This document shows, piece after piece, positions 1-11,371 of a DNA stretch of 27,552 nucleotides. How positions within the stretch are numbered: the first letter of the stretch is position 1; each line of letters opens with the position of its first letter. Source of the stretch: Octopus sinensis (taxonomy: Eukaryota); NCBI RefSeq assembly GCF_006345805.1, contig NW_021833342.1:1-27552 (forward strand). The letters run 5' to 3'. Made by a program: the position numbers and the translations under genes. A model generated the notes under the pieces. It saw nothing but the letters and a program-made list of their open reading frames with translations. It was not told where the DNA came from and did no database searches.

Positions 1-156
1 ATTGCGGAAACAACGTTCAAACAATTAAAAGACAGACACCCAAACGCCATCCGGCATATCGCGAACTTGCCGGACTATCTGAAGAAAGAGGAGAAAGAAG
101 GGGCCCACAAACGTGTGGTGAGGTCGGCCCCCACCTCTCCAACGAAATGTAAGTAG
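1..156 (+). CDS. C-terminal end of LINE ORF1 (partial)
   Basis: Frame 1 is open from base 1 to TAG at 154-156 (IAETTFKQLKDRHPNAIRHIANLPDYLKKEEKEGAHKRVVRSAPTSPTKCK*), just upstream of the ORF2 ATG at 174. Identity is inferred from position only. Confidence 0.55.
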   Translation: MAETTFKQLKDRHPNAIRHIANLPDYLKKEEKEGAHKRVVRSAPTSPTKCK

Positions 157-173
157 AACTTTTACTTTTTGTA

Positions 174-3100
174 ATGGCTTCGCTTAACCTTGGTTGTTTA
201 AATGTGCGTGGCCTGAGTTCGAAGTGGAAGCAGGCTTGTTTCCTCGACGACCTCAGATCACATGATATACATGTGATGGTTGCTACAGAGACCAAGCTGG
301 ACAGCCTACAAACCTTCTCGCCTCTCCTGAATGGCTACGAGAAAATCATGTCTCCTGGCCAGACCGGAGGCGAGGGGGCGTAGTGGTACTGATCCGTAAA
401 GACTTGGCTCTACAGACAAGTACAGTCTATGTAGACCCAGAAGGTGGGCTGGTCGTCCTTGATGTGACATACAGCAGTAAGGCCTTCAGATTAATCGGAC
501 TCTATGCACCTTGTGCTAGAGGTTTCCAAACTGATTTTTATCGGCGCCTAGAGGGCTTTCTCGTGACGTCGAAGACTTTAGTGATATTAGGGGACTTTAA
601 TGCTATCGTTGACGTACACATCGATAGCGTTGGCTCGATCTATAGGAAAGTGAACTCACGTCTCGTGGATCTGCTTAAGCGGTTTCAGCTGGCAGATCGT
701 TACAGACTTGACCATCCGAACGTCCCAGAGTGGACCTGGATGAGTGGCGACGGAAGGTTCAAGTCTTATCTAGACAGGATAGTGATAAGAACTAGAGATA
801 AGTCTAGTTTTAGTTGTCCACAGCTCGTCCAGGTGCCCTATACTGACCATAGAATGGTCACGTGTAGACTGGACATAGATAGCACACTTAAGATAGGAAC
901 CGGCTACTGGAAGCTGAACAAGTCTACTTTGACACGTGAGGCATACCGTAGTCGGATTAAGGTGTTAGTGCAGAGGGTGTTAACCGGAGCCGTGGTTAAT
1001 AACCGGTGGTGGTTCACCCTCAAAAGAGCCATTCTATTCGAGTCCATTAGATTTAGTAAACAACTAAGACTAGATAGGGCTAGAATAGAAGGGCAACTAG
1101 TTAAGAACTTAGAGGAGGCGTTGAGGTTGGGCTCTGCATCTCACATTTTAGCGGCAAGAACGGCATTAGACCGTCACCTCAAACCAAACATGAGGGATGT
1201 AGAGTCCGGGCTAAAGTACGAGCATTGGCCGTGAGGGAATTAATGTTGCCGGATGGGCCCGTACGATAGAAACACAGCGTGGAAACGATGCCACAATTGG
1301 GTCTCTTGTTGATGAAAACGGATGCACGATCAAGAAGCGGGACGAGATGTGTGAGGCACTTCACAAGCACTTCGCCGAGTTGTTCGGGAGGTGCGGGACG
1401 CTGGATCATGGTGCGGCCCTTAGGGACTTCTTCCTGTCTGGTGCCCCGCCTCTCGACACGAGAGGCTGAGTGCTGTGAAGGGCCAATCACAGCCGAGGAA
1501 GTAATCGAGGTGTTGGGCAAGTGCCCCGGGAGAAGTCGCCGGGTCTCGATGGTCTGCCCTTTGAATTTTATAGAAGTATGCCAGACTTGTTCGGGCACCT
1601 GCTGGCTAGCGTCTACGCCAATTGCAGCAAATGGGAGAATTCCCAAGTCTGCGAGCCGGGGACGGTGACGTTGATCAGGAAGGACCCGAACAAGGGGACG
1701 AGATAGGGAACTTCAGGCCCATAACTCTGTTAACACAGAGTTAAAGATTCTGGCCAAGGTGCTAGCAAAAACGTTGGCGCGGGTCGTGGACAAACTTGTC
1801 GGGGAAGCGCAAACGTGCGCTATCCCCGGCAGAACGATCCACGACAATCTCCACCTTATACGCTACTCCTTAGAGAGGGTGGGGAAGCTTTCTGGCGCAG
1901 GGGGAGCACTGGTACATTTAGACCAGTCCAAAGCATTTGATAGGTCGACCATCGGTACCTGGCGGCGGTCCTCGGAGAGGCTGGCCTAGGCCCGACCTTT
2001 CGAGGTTGGATCGCTGCTTTGTATAGCGACATCGAGTCTGTAGTCAAGGTGAACGGTTCCTTTTCGAAGCCGTTCAGGATCGAGCGTTCAGTTCGTCAAG
2101 GTGTCCCCTGTCCTCGCTCCTATACGTATTGGCTCTTGAGCCTTTGCTGCAGAAGTTGGAGGCACTAGGGGGCGCGCCGCATGATCTATGGTGTGGAGAG
2201 AGAGCTACGGCGTATGCGGATGACACCTCCATCATCGTGGCAGACGAAGGCCAGCTTCCAGTGGTGGAAGAGGCCATCAAAAGCTACGAGGCGGTGGCAG
2301 GAGCAAAGGTTAACAAGGACAAGTCGGTCGGTTTGCAACTCGGCACCTGGAGGGGCAAGTCGATGCCGTCCATAACGTCGTAGGGCGTTGGACGCAAGGT
2401 CCTGTTAAGCTGCTCGGAGTCTGGTTCGGGCCAGACCTCCAGATTGAGAAAAATGGAGTGAGGTGGCCAACAAGGTGACCGCTCTAACCCAGACCTGGTC
2501 TGGGCGGGCGTTATCCCTGCTAGGGAAGGCGGAGGTGGTGCAGATGTTTATAGCATCAGTAATCACCTACCGTCTGACCGTGGTGCCTTGCCCCGATTTG
2601 TGGCTGAACAAGTTGGAGAGAATCCTTTTCCGATTTTTGTGGAAAGAGGAAAGCCACTTGTAAAGCGCTCTGTCTGCTGCCAGAAACCGCTAAAGGGTGG
2701 GCTAGGGATGCCTTGGCTGAGGATGCGAAAACTCGCGTTAAGGTTGAGGCACCTCTGGCTTTACCTGGATGGAGAGCAGGTGTGGTCACCGCACGTCCGG
2801 TTCTACCTTCCCCAGTTAACATCCCTAACGGACATCGGTGCATGGATCAAGCGGAGACCTAAACTGAGTGAATGGCATTATCTCGGGTGGGCAACGCCGG
2901 CAACAGGAGTTCCACCACGGATTTCTATAGCGGGTTAGTGGAGATTAAGTCCGAAGACACCTTGGGGGAGACCCTGGGCTACGATGAAAATCAGTTGGTC
3001 AACCTGTTCCGGAGGACGTTCGGGCCGGGGTATCTGGATAATTACCAGAAATCCCTGGCTTGACAGTGTTTCCGTGCGGCTTTACCTGTTCGCGACAAGC

Positions 3101-3532
3101 TGTCAAGGCACAGTAGTGCCGTCTCGCCGACATGCCCGCGATGGGAGCAGGATAGGGAGACCGTCTTGCACGCATTCGTGGAGTGTCCGGAGTTATCAGG
3201 ACTGATAGCTTTTGTTGAACAACTGTTGTCAGTGATGGGAAGAGTACAGCTATCAGCTGAGTCTATCATCGAGATTGTGCCGCCCCCTTTCCTTAACAGG
3301 GAAAGAAAGGCTTGTTTTTTCTGTGTAGTAGCCATACTGAAAGAAACAGTATGGAAGACGCGTACGAAAGTATAGTGACAGGCACCTTTGTCTCCGGCCA
3401 GGGGTTGATTAACTTTTTTAGTTACCCCTCAGTAGCAAAATCAGGCTGGAGAAGAGGTGTCTGTCACGAGATATGTTTGTGAAAAGATGGAAGCCTGTGG
3501 CATACAAGATGGGTATGTTAGGCACCAGGTAA
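174..3532 (+). pseudogene. LINE ORF2 (APE endonuclease + reverse transcriptase + zinc knuckle), frameshifted and with stops
   Basis: APE motifs: CLNVRGL, ATETK, LGDFN, YLDRI, YTDH, then YWKLN. RT motifs across frames: KSPGLDGLPFEFY, FRPITLLN, LDQSKAFDR, RQG-CP, YADD (2213-2224). Knuckle CPRWEQDRETVLHAFVEC (3133-3186) with the second Cys mutated to Trp. Frameshifts near 380, 1180 and further downstream; W-to-TGA stop at 3061-3063. The end coordinate is approximate. Confidence 0.92.
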
Positions 3533-3760
3533 GTGTGACCGGATCAGAAAGTAAAGATTCTACCCGGATGGCTGGGTGTCCGTCCTTCGACATGATCATT
3601 AATATTTTTAAACATTGCCTTCGTAAAATTCATTGTTTATAATCTTATCCGTAATTTCATTCGAAAATTGTAACTTTGTTAAGCTACTTCACCCTTTATA
3701 TTTGTCTGTCCTTGTTTGTCCCCTCTTTGTAAATGCCTAAATGGCAAATTATATGAAATA

Positions 3761-3900
3761 AAGTAGCTTGCTAACCAGCCACATGGTTCCGGGTTCGGTC
3801 CTACTGCGTGGCATCTTGGGCAAGTGTCTTCTGCTATAGCCCCGAGCTGACCAATGCCTTGAGAGTGGATTTGGTAGACGGAAACTGAAAGAATCCTGTC

Positions 3901-3937
<37 letters not shown>

Positions 3938-4140
3938 CATGTGTTTGTGTGTCTGTCCCCCTAGCATTGCTTGATAACCGATGCTGGTGTGTTTACGTCC
4001 ACGTCACTTAGCGGTTCAGCAAAAAAGACCGATAGAATAAGTACTGGGCTTACAAAGAATAAGTCCCGGGGTCGATTTGCTCGGCTAAAGGCGGTGCTCC
4101 TGCATGGCCGCAGTCAAATGACTGAAACAAGTAAAAGAGT
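3761..4140 (+). mobile_element. tRNA-derived CORE-type SINE, 5' head cut by the LINE
   Basis: B-box-like GGTTCGGTCC (3792-3801), CORE-like CTTGGGCAAGT (3815-3825), internal (TA)n (3902-3933) and a second half ending GACTGAAACAAGTAAAAGAG. It starts mid-head with no A-box. Family recognised from memory of octopus SINEs. Confidence 0.8.
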
Positions 4141-4412
4141 ATATACAAACTAATGACCAATCAAATCTATACAATACTCATCGCACTTCTCTATTTCCTC
4201 TACAGTAACGTTATATTATTCTCCAGCACGTAGTGGAGTTTATATCTTCGAAATAATGAAGTCGCGAGACATCTTTTTGTTTCACATTATTTCTAATAAC
4301 AAATATAATATTTGAGAAACTAAAATATTTCCCAATGACGTACATTGCACTTAAAACGGTAAGACTTCCTTTAAGTGTATGTGTGTTTGTTTTATATATA
4401 TAATGTGTATAC

Positions 4413-4470
<58 letters not shown>

Positions 4471-4536
4471 ATATATATATATATACATTCATATATATAC
4501 GTATGTATGAAATATATGTATGGATGTGTGTGTGTG

Positions 4537-6956
4537 TTAGGGTGTGTCAGTTTTGGGGAGTAAATAGGAAAACTCATAATCTTTAATATTGGTAGTAATT
4601 TATTGTTGGCTTTTAGCATATAAAACAAAATTATGCAAACAAAACCAATTCTAAATAACTCCTAACTCACCAATAAGGGCTTGAAACTGATATGTTTTGA
4701 AAATTTTGACAATAATTAGTTTTTGCCAGCACCGTTCTGTTTCAAATTTCATTTATACTATAATACATTCCAGCTCGCTGTTGTTTCTTTTCATCAGTTG
4801 CCGTTTGACTGCTTGTGCTTTGATGTAATCCTCTCGCCTCTCGTGACTGTAAGCAGGACTCGTAGCTTCAGTGGCCATTTTACCACACCTCTCAACACTT
4901 TGTGTGTGTGATGGCCATTTGTGTACGATCATTGGTGTCTTTAAAGCTTTTGAGATTCTTACTAGCTAAAGATGTTGTCAATAGTGGTTCCAAGGCCTCA
5001 GAACTCAGACAGCTTGGTGGCATTGGCATTTAATTGGACAACTTTTCTTTGACTAAATGAGCAGTCTCAAACTGGTCCTCTTCAAACAGGATACCTCTAA
5101 TCCTTAGAACGGTTTCTAATAGCCTCAGTACGAAGATTTGAACATTGGCTGGAAAGCGTTACTTGCAATACTGCTTCTGATCGAGAATAGCATGCAGACC
5201 TTCTTACCACAGGTAACACGATATCCATCACTTATTTTGGGTTCTTACAAGTTGCAATTGAAACGAAAGGTGGTTGGGACCATCACACATTTTGGATTGA
5301 GCTTAATATTAAATCCGCTGGGAAGTTAGACTGCAACTATCAATTCAAGAAATAGTTTCAAATTCATCAGAACATTTCCCTTCAGTTGGTGTCTGGAAAT
5401 CCAAACCCTGCAGAAGCGCAGAGCTGTAGTTAAACAAAAGCTGTAACTAACAGATCCAATCTCCAAGAGAACCAAAGACTGAAGAACTTCACCTGCTCTT
5501 ATTGCCTGAGCAATGTGATAAGCATAGGACTGATCTTTACAGAGGTCTTTGACAATTTCTTCTGGCAACACTGGAATAGGAGGGCCTACATCAATCTTTG
5601 GAAAGTTTGGAAAGGACCTGACCACTTACTGCTTTTTATAAGACCATCATTTCCTGGATGATGTGATGATGAAATGATACACCTGTATGCAAATCACATA
5701 CAATCCAAATAACTGTTGTGCTCTTCTTGATTAGACCTGGAAATGTTTTGGAAATTCCATCTACTTCAGCCATTTGGTTTCATCTATTCTTCCATCAAAC
5801 AAAAGACAGGAGAGACCTCTTTTTCATTATTTTTCTCGCTGATCAGATATCTCACTCATTACTTTTTCCTGCCTTTTCTAAGTATATGATCTATTACCAA
5901 CGATGAATCCCTTTCACTGATGAGGCGTACATCTATCCAAGCGGCAGCTGCAATCACAGCAGCCTCACGGAGTCCAGTATGGGGACGAATGTTTGAAATG
6001 TCTCTTGTATTGTGTTTTCTTTCTTTAGAATTTTCATCTGAAATTACTTCATTTTCTTCAAAAGGATTATTAAACAACTGATAAACATCATGTCAGTGCT
6101 GTTCTACTGTTTGCATGATTTCACTTTTTATTCTCTTCTCTTCTTCCTTCTCTTTGACAATCCCTTTCCTTTTTTCAATTGAAATGTGTCTCTTACTTTC
6201 TTTATAATGAGTTGAGCCTTGGCCTCCTGCTTTTCTCTTCTGTGAGCTTATGAAATCTAATTCTAGAAAAGGTATCTTCTTTTCAGGAGGGTAACAACAG
6301 TCAATGTGGGAATGATTTCCTCTCTTACCAGTGGGAGAACAATCCTCTTTTGAACACAAAACTGTAGAACACTTGCAGCTCAAAATATCGAACAGTGTAC
6401 CAAGTGAGTGTAGAAAAAGCATTTTCCATTGCCAAGTTTCCTTTACCGGGTCAAGTGTGTACTGCTTTCTGTCACAATCCCATTGGTTTTAGTTCAATTT
6501 TCGATACTATTTGATCACTGGTGGTTTGAGTTGTGCATTAGCTTTTGTCCACTGGCGCAGAAGATGGAATATTATATCATGTATGAGTTCCTACTGTCTT
6601 TGGAATCTTGTTCCTGAAGTAGTAACCCAAGTCTTAAAAATATCTCTCACTGTTGGAAGCTCTTTCCCCCTACCAATTAACAGGTTCAAGTGGAATCACA
6701 TCTGGCCTCTAGCCTTCAGCGTGAATATCTGCAAATAGTAAAAATTCATTTAACCATTTAAGAGTCTAATCAGTTTGTCATATTCAGTTATTCTTTTAAA
6801 ATAACACTCATATTCAAAATTTAGGATAGAATTGATTTCGTTTAGAGTCATTTTAATCCATTTCGGTATATATATATCTCAAGTCTGGGAGTAAAAAGGC
6901 ACAATAATTTCACTACCAAATTAGATTTTTAGTATGTTATTAAAATTGACATCCTA

Positions 6957-6957
<1 letters not shown>
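4537..6957 (-). mobile_element. hATm-like DNA transposon, internally deleted, both termini present
   Basis: Left end TTAGGGTGTGTCAGTTTT (4537-4554); the right end reverse-complements to TTAGGATGTCAATTTT (6942-6957). TGTGTGTG flanks both sides (4529-4536, 6958-6965), consistent with the 8-bp hAT TSD. Transposase remnants lie inside. Confidence 0.8.
4753..6680 (-). pseudogene. hAT-family (hATm-like) transposase remnant
   Basis: Minus-strand motifs in the expected order: LFDILSCKC...KKIPFLELDF; GLREAAVIAAAAWID; LLFDGRIDET (first D, 5791-5799); WIVCDLH (CxxH, 5687-5698); DLCKDQSYAY...LTTALRF; PSHTQSVERC (catalytic E, 4891-4893). Many frameshifts and stops. The hATm subgroup label is from recollection of the family motifs. 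Confidence 0.8.
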
Positions 6958-6993
<36 letters not shown>

Positions 6994-7099
6994 CGTGCGT
7001 GCGTGCGTGTGCGTTGAATTGACTGTATTTGTGACTTTGTTTCCACATTGTTTTCTCCACGTTATTCGCTCAAATTAGCTACAGCACTCTCAAGTACTA

Positions 7100-7980
7100 G
7101 CTGGAGCACTAGAGGTAGTCACAATTGCACCTTACCTGTTTGCACTTGTATTAGATTATGGAATTCGGCAGGTTGTGTGCAACAGTGAGAAACACCTTGG
7201 TTTCATCATAAACTGGCAAACACCGCAGAGAATAGCAACAGTAAGAATCACAGACCTAGACTTGTAGATGATATAACACTCATATCTAATGAAACAGATC
7301 AAGCATAACAGCTGCTCAGAAGAGAAGGGACACAACTGCTAACTTGGACAGTTCAAAAATGTCAAAAAAATGGAATGCATGTCTTTCAACGAATCGTGTG
7401 ATGCTGAATTGAATTTGTGTTATGCGGTTCCAAAATGGATGTTGTTGAAGACTTCAAATACTTGAGTAGTTTGGTGAGCAGTTCGGAAGAAGACATGATG
7501 ATCAGGAAGGCACAAGCATGGACTGCCTGTCTCAAACTAAAGGTCTGCAACTCCAAATTGTCCAGGCAAATCAAAACGAAACTGTTCATTGCAACTGTTA
7601 TATCAGTGCTATTATCATATGACAGTGAAACATGGACGCTGACAAAGAAATTATCAAACGGGCTAAATGGATGCTACTCAAGGATACTGCGAATGGCCTT
7701 AAAGTGAAATGACAGCAATATATGACAAGTGAATGCATTTATGGAGAGCAGCCAAAAGTTAGCGAGAATATCAGGCAAAGACGGTAGCGAGTATCTGGTG
7801 AAAGAGGGCGCCACCTGAACTTGGAGGTATCAAAATTAATCTTGTGGAACCCTCTTCATGATGATGTAAGCAGAAGCGTACTTCGTTACGCTTACTTCGA
7901 TAACTTGGTCGCAGACCTTTTCTTGGAATGTATCTAGGACCGAGAAACCGTGATGATGGACCAAGAATGTTGGTGCGCCC
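7100..7980 (+). mobile_element. RTE-type LINE, 3' RT fragment (decayed)
   Basis: Remnant motifs IAPYLFALVLDY, ITDLD-VDDI (degenerate FADD, ~7247-7278), VEDFKYLSS, RKAQAWTAC, SETWTLTKKL...GCYSRILRMAL and a C-terminal KLILWNP...MMDQECW. 5'-truncated. Confidence 0.85.
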
Positions 7981-8009
7981 ACCAGTCACACTTCTCGGTC
8001 CATCATCAC
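7950..8009. repeat. Imperfect inverted repeat (hairpin) at RTE 3' end
   Basis: GTGATGATGGACCAAGAATGTTGGTG (7950-7975) versus the reverse complement of 7980-8009, GTGATGATGGACCGAGAAGTGTGACTGGTG; 4-nt loop CGCC. Confidence 0.85.
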
Positions 8010-8739
8010 TGCTGTGGCCCGGGTTGGAACCCGACCGTGATAATCATAATAGTTACAGCTTTTTATGACCTTACTGAGCTCTCTCGTTTACTGCAAAGCG
8101 GAAAGACATCGTCATGATTTTTTTGCAAAAGTATGATCTATTGATTAATACATACATTCTTACATAAGATAATATAACGACTGACTGAGAGAGAGAGGGA
8201 GGGAAACAGGGTGACAGAGAGAGAGAGAGAAGTGAGATAGAGAAAATCATAGAATTTTGAAATAGGAGGAGAGATGGAGGAAACAAAATCACTTCAAAAT
8301 ATTGTAAGGTAAGATACATAGATAATGATAGAATCTCCAAGTTGTGATTTACATGAACGAGCCATCTAGCCTGCCAGACAATTAAATAGAAAACAGAATA
8401 ATTGTTATTCATATAGACGGAGGTTGTTGTAAGGAAAATAAATAACGGCATCAAAGAAAATATTCTCCACATTTCAGAATTCACCAGAGATAATATTACG
8501 AAACTGATCTATGTTGTTTGTCTGTAAAAATTCAATGCTATGAGGCTTTGGTTGTTTTGATGCCATTGAAATAAATGGATCTGCGACACAACTCAAACCA
8601 ATACACTCCCTCCCAGATACTCATAGAAAATATATTTCAATTGCTCTATGTTTATGCTTTTGTTTGTGTATATTTAGGCGTATGTTTGGGTTGATATCAA
8701 GATCTGGTGTAAATATTATTATGTATATTTACGTGTATA

Positions 8740-9065
8740 TACATACACACACACATACACACACACACACACACATATACGCATATATATATATATATAT
8801 ATATACATATATATGTATATATATTTATATATACATATATAAATTTATACACACACATAGACACACACACGCACACGCATATACACATACACTCACACAC
8901 GCACGCACAGACACACACATATACGTATATGTATACGTATATATAAATATATATAGATATATATAGTTATATATATACACGTATGTGTGTGTGTCTGTGT
9001 GTACAAACATAATTTTATCATTTCTGTAAGCGCAGTTATATATGGATATATATGTATACGTGTAT
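8740..9065. repeat. Compound (CA)n/(TA)n microsatellite
   Basis: Directly visible dinucleotide runs. Confidence 0.9.
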
Positions 9066-9877
9066 TTGTGTGTATCCGTGTGCTTATGTATATAGAACAT
9101 AGATATGTCCATGCTTAAATATGCGTCCGTGTGGATGAGAGTATATGTGTATCTATAGAAATACATATGCGCACAAATATATGTTTGCCGATTTCGTTAT
9201 TTCGGTTTGAAATGTGTCCAATAGGAATGGTTCTCTTATTTTCCTTTGATATAACATATCGAATCACCTTGTCACCTACAATGGTAGCTTCCTCTGCTTT
9301 TGTACTCTTTCTTTTTTTTAAATTTAATTTGCGCTGCTTCATCTAATTTTACACCATCCATGATATAGAAACTAATAGAAAACATACAATTGGAATTTTG
9401 TAAACCTTCGTCTCAAGTGAATGCATATGTTAGTTGTATCTCACTTTAAACAAGTTCGCAGAACAAGAAGGCATATATAATTCTCCTCCTAAGGGTTACA
9501 CTTTATGAATAAATACATGGCAACTGAAAGAAAGTCAATTGTTCCACTAGAAAGATATTATGAGGTTGTCTGTAAAAAAAGTTATCGAAGTTAAGTTTTG
9601 TTGTTAGAATACATCCATCGCCAACATAAAAACAATGATGTCGGGATTGTTCTTTGAACTTCTTGAAGAATATAGTCTACATTTGCGGGTACCAGATATA
9701 TCCTATTCCTGTTAATTATTATTTAGTTAGTTAACGCATATATTGTATGTCGTACCAATCTAGACCTAAATATGAACTGAATACATACCAAGATACGCTG
9801 GCCACAGTCATCGAATATGACGAATACACCTACATAAGATATGTAGTTATACGATACATGTATGTGTGTGTAATTAC

Positions 9878-9939
9878 TGTGTATTTACCATAGTATTTAG
9901 CGACCTGTGCTGGCACTATGAGCAAGTGACATGTTTTGC
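9878..9939 (+). repeat. 62-bp direct repeat, copy 1
   Basis: 60/62 identical to 11310-11371. Confidence 0.9.
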
Positions 9940-11029
9940 TGAAATAGTCAGAGTGGGAGAGATAAATGAAATATTGCAATATTGGCTAAATATTTCGTAA
10001 ACGGAAGTTTTTTCTCCATACACAATCAGCCTACGGTTTTTCATTGTATTGCATTAATAATAGTTTAGGTAACATATCTAAATACAATATATGGATAGCA
10101 TCTGTAAGATATTTAAATATAATATACGGATGCTTTACTGTAATAATTAACAAGAAGAGGATATCCTCTACACAAGCAGATGAAGAATATATTCTTCGTG
10201 AGTTTTAAAGAACACTCCCGGCATCATTGGCGAAGCTAATATTCTAAGAACAAAATTATGTATTTCAAAAGCAAATGTGATTTGTTTTACATGAAATGAA
10301 AACAAATAAAATGCGGTTTTATGGAAGGAGAGGCAAAAATTGCTTCGCATACAAAGGAAATGCAAATGTGTGTGCCATAGGAGAAACAATAAGAGAAATA
10401 GAGAAGATAATCCATGCAGTTATGGTTACATGCAGACATCGTCAGCATTTAACTAAGCTACGAGCGAACAACAAATTTGTGAAATGTGGGAGTTCTTTCT
10501 TTCGTTTCTTGTTACGTTGCTCACGATTATATACCACTTTCTATATCTACTCTACACAATTTTCCAAAAATTTGTTGTGCAGCGGTTTCAGCTTTTTGTT
10601 TGCTTGTCCATGTGAAGCCGCATAGCGCACTGCGTTGTTTCTCTGCTGAATCCATTGACAACAATTTGTGGCAAACAACACAACATATTCTGGCATTTTC
10701 CAGCAAAGACAAACAATGCGATTAAAATTTCAACTGATTTCAATGATGCGGCGCCGATGGGAAAGAATTTAAAACATTAAACCTTCATTAGATGGATCTT
10801 AACGAGGCATATGTCTAGGCTGAATTCTTTTACAATGTTTTAACTTTCTTTAGAGTGAAATTTAAAACCAAGGTTAAAAGGGATGTTTTGCACGTGAGAG
10901 ATATCTTTCTACATTTTTAATTAATTCCATCTGCCGTAAAAAGGAAAGAAGTTTATCTTTTTTGATGCTAATCATATCAAGAGTTCTGTTAAACTTTTAT
11001 GATACAGGCACAATGTTATGAATTGTGAT

Positions 11030-11272
11030 TGTCGATGTTGTCGACCCATTATTTGAAAGGGATTTTGTTTTGTCGTCTGAAGATATGAAAGGCAAAGTCG
11101 GCTTCGCTGAATTCGAACTCAGATTGGCAGAAGCTGAAACATAAAGCAGAACATTTAATTTCTGATGTAAACACAAGCAAGAAATTTGTGAACGAAATGA
11201 TTATTGTACCCCCATTAATGCCAGCACATGACGTATACTTTAGTTTATTGGACCCGGAGGAATTACAGGTAA
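11030..11272 (-). mobile_element. Two decayed SINE fragments (same family as the 12073 array)
   Basis: ATGAAAGGCAAAGTCGGCTTCGCTGAATTCGAACTCAG (~11085-11122) is the diverged reverse complement of the array's B-box plus central domain. A second, weaker match lies at ~11195-11272. Confidence 0.65.
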
Positions 11273-11309
11273 TGTATATATATAATATATATATTATATA
11301 TATATATTA

Positions 11310-11371
11310 TGTGTATTTACCATAGTATTTAGCGACCTGAGCTGGCACTATGAGCAAGTGACCTGTTTTGC
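11310..11371 (+). repeat. 62-bp direct repeat, copy 2
   Basis: 60/62 identical to 9878-9939. Confidence 0.9.

Larger units (their letters stand above)
1..3762 (+). mobile_element. Tx1/L1-clade non-LTR retrotransposon (LINE), degraded, 5' end outside window
   Basis: Two-ORF layout: ORF1 end, then ORF2 with APE, RT and CCHC motifs in order, then a 3' UTR ending in AATAAA (3757-3762). Visibly more GC-rich than the flanks. Clade call rests on motif style (YWKLN after APE, KSPGLDG, RQGCPLS, C-terminal knuckle) from established L1/Tx1 knowledge. Confidence 0.9.

Noticed and set aside
17-3335. Minus-strand and off-frame ORFs inside the LINE (17-295, 1179-1646, 1856-2047, 2074-2280, 2556-2843, 3042-3335)
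   Set aside because: Shadows of the GC-richer ORF2; no motifs of their own.
4206-4358. Plus-strand segment with a strong acceptor and ACG|GTAAGA donor
   Set aside because: All three frames contain stops.
5917-5923. CTGATGA hammerhead core motif
   Set aside because: No stem II, GAAA or stem III follows; it lies antisense within the transposase remnant.
8274-8308. ATG-initiated mini-exon MEETKSLQNIV with a GTAAGA donor after a GA-rich tract
   Set aside because: No convincing in-phase downstream exon or recognisable product.
10168-10725. Cluster of 60-110 aa ORFs on both strands
   Set aside because: No recognisable domain, splice structure or element termini.
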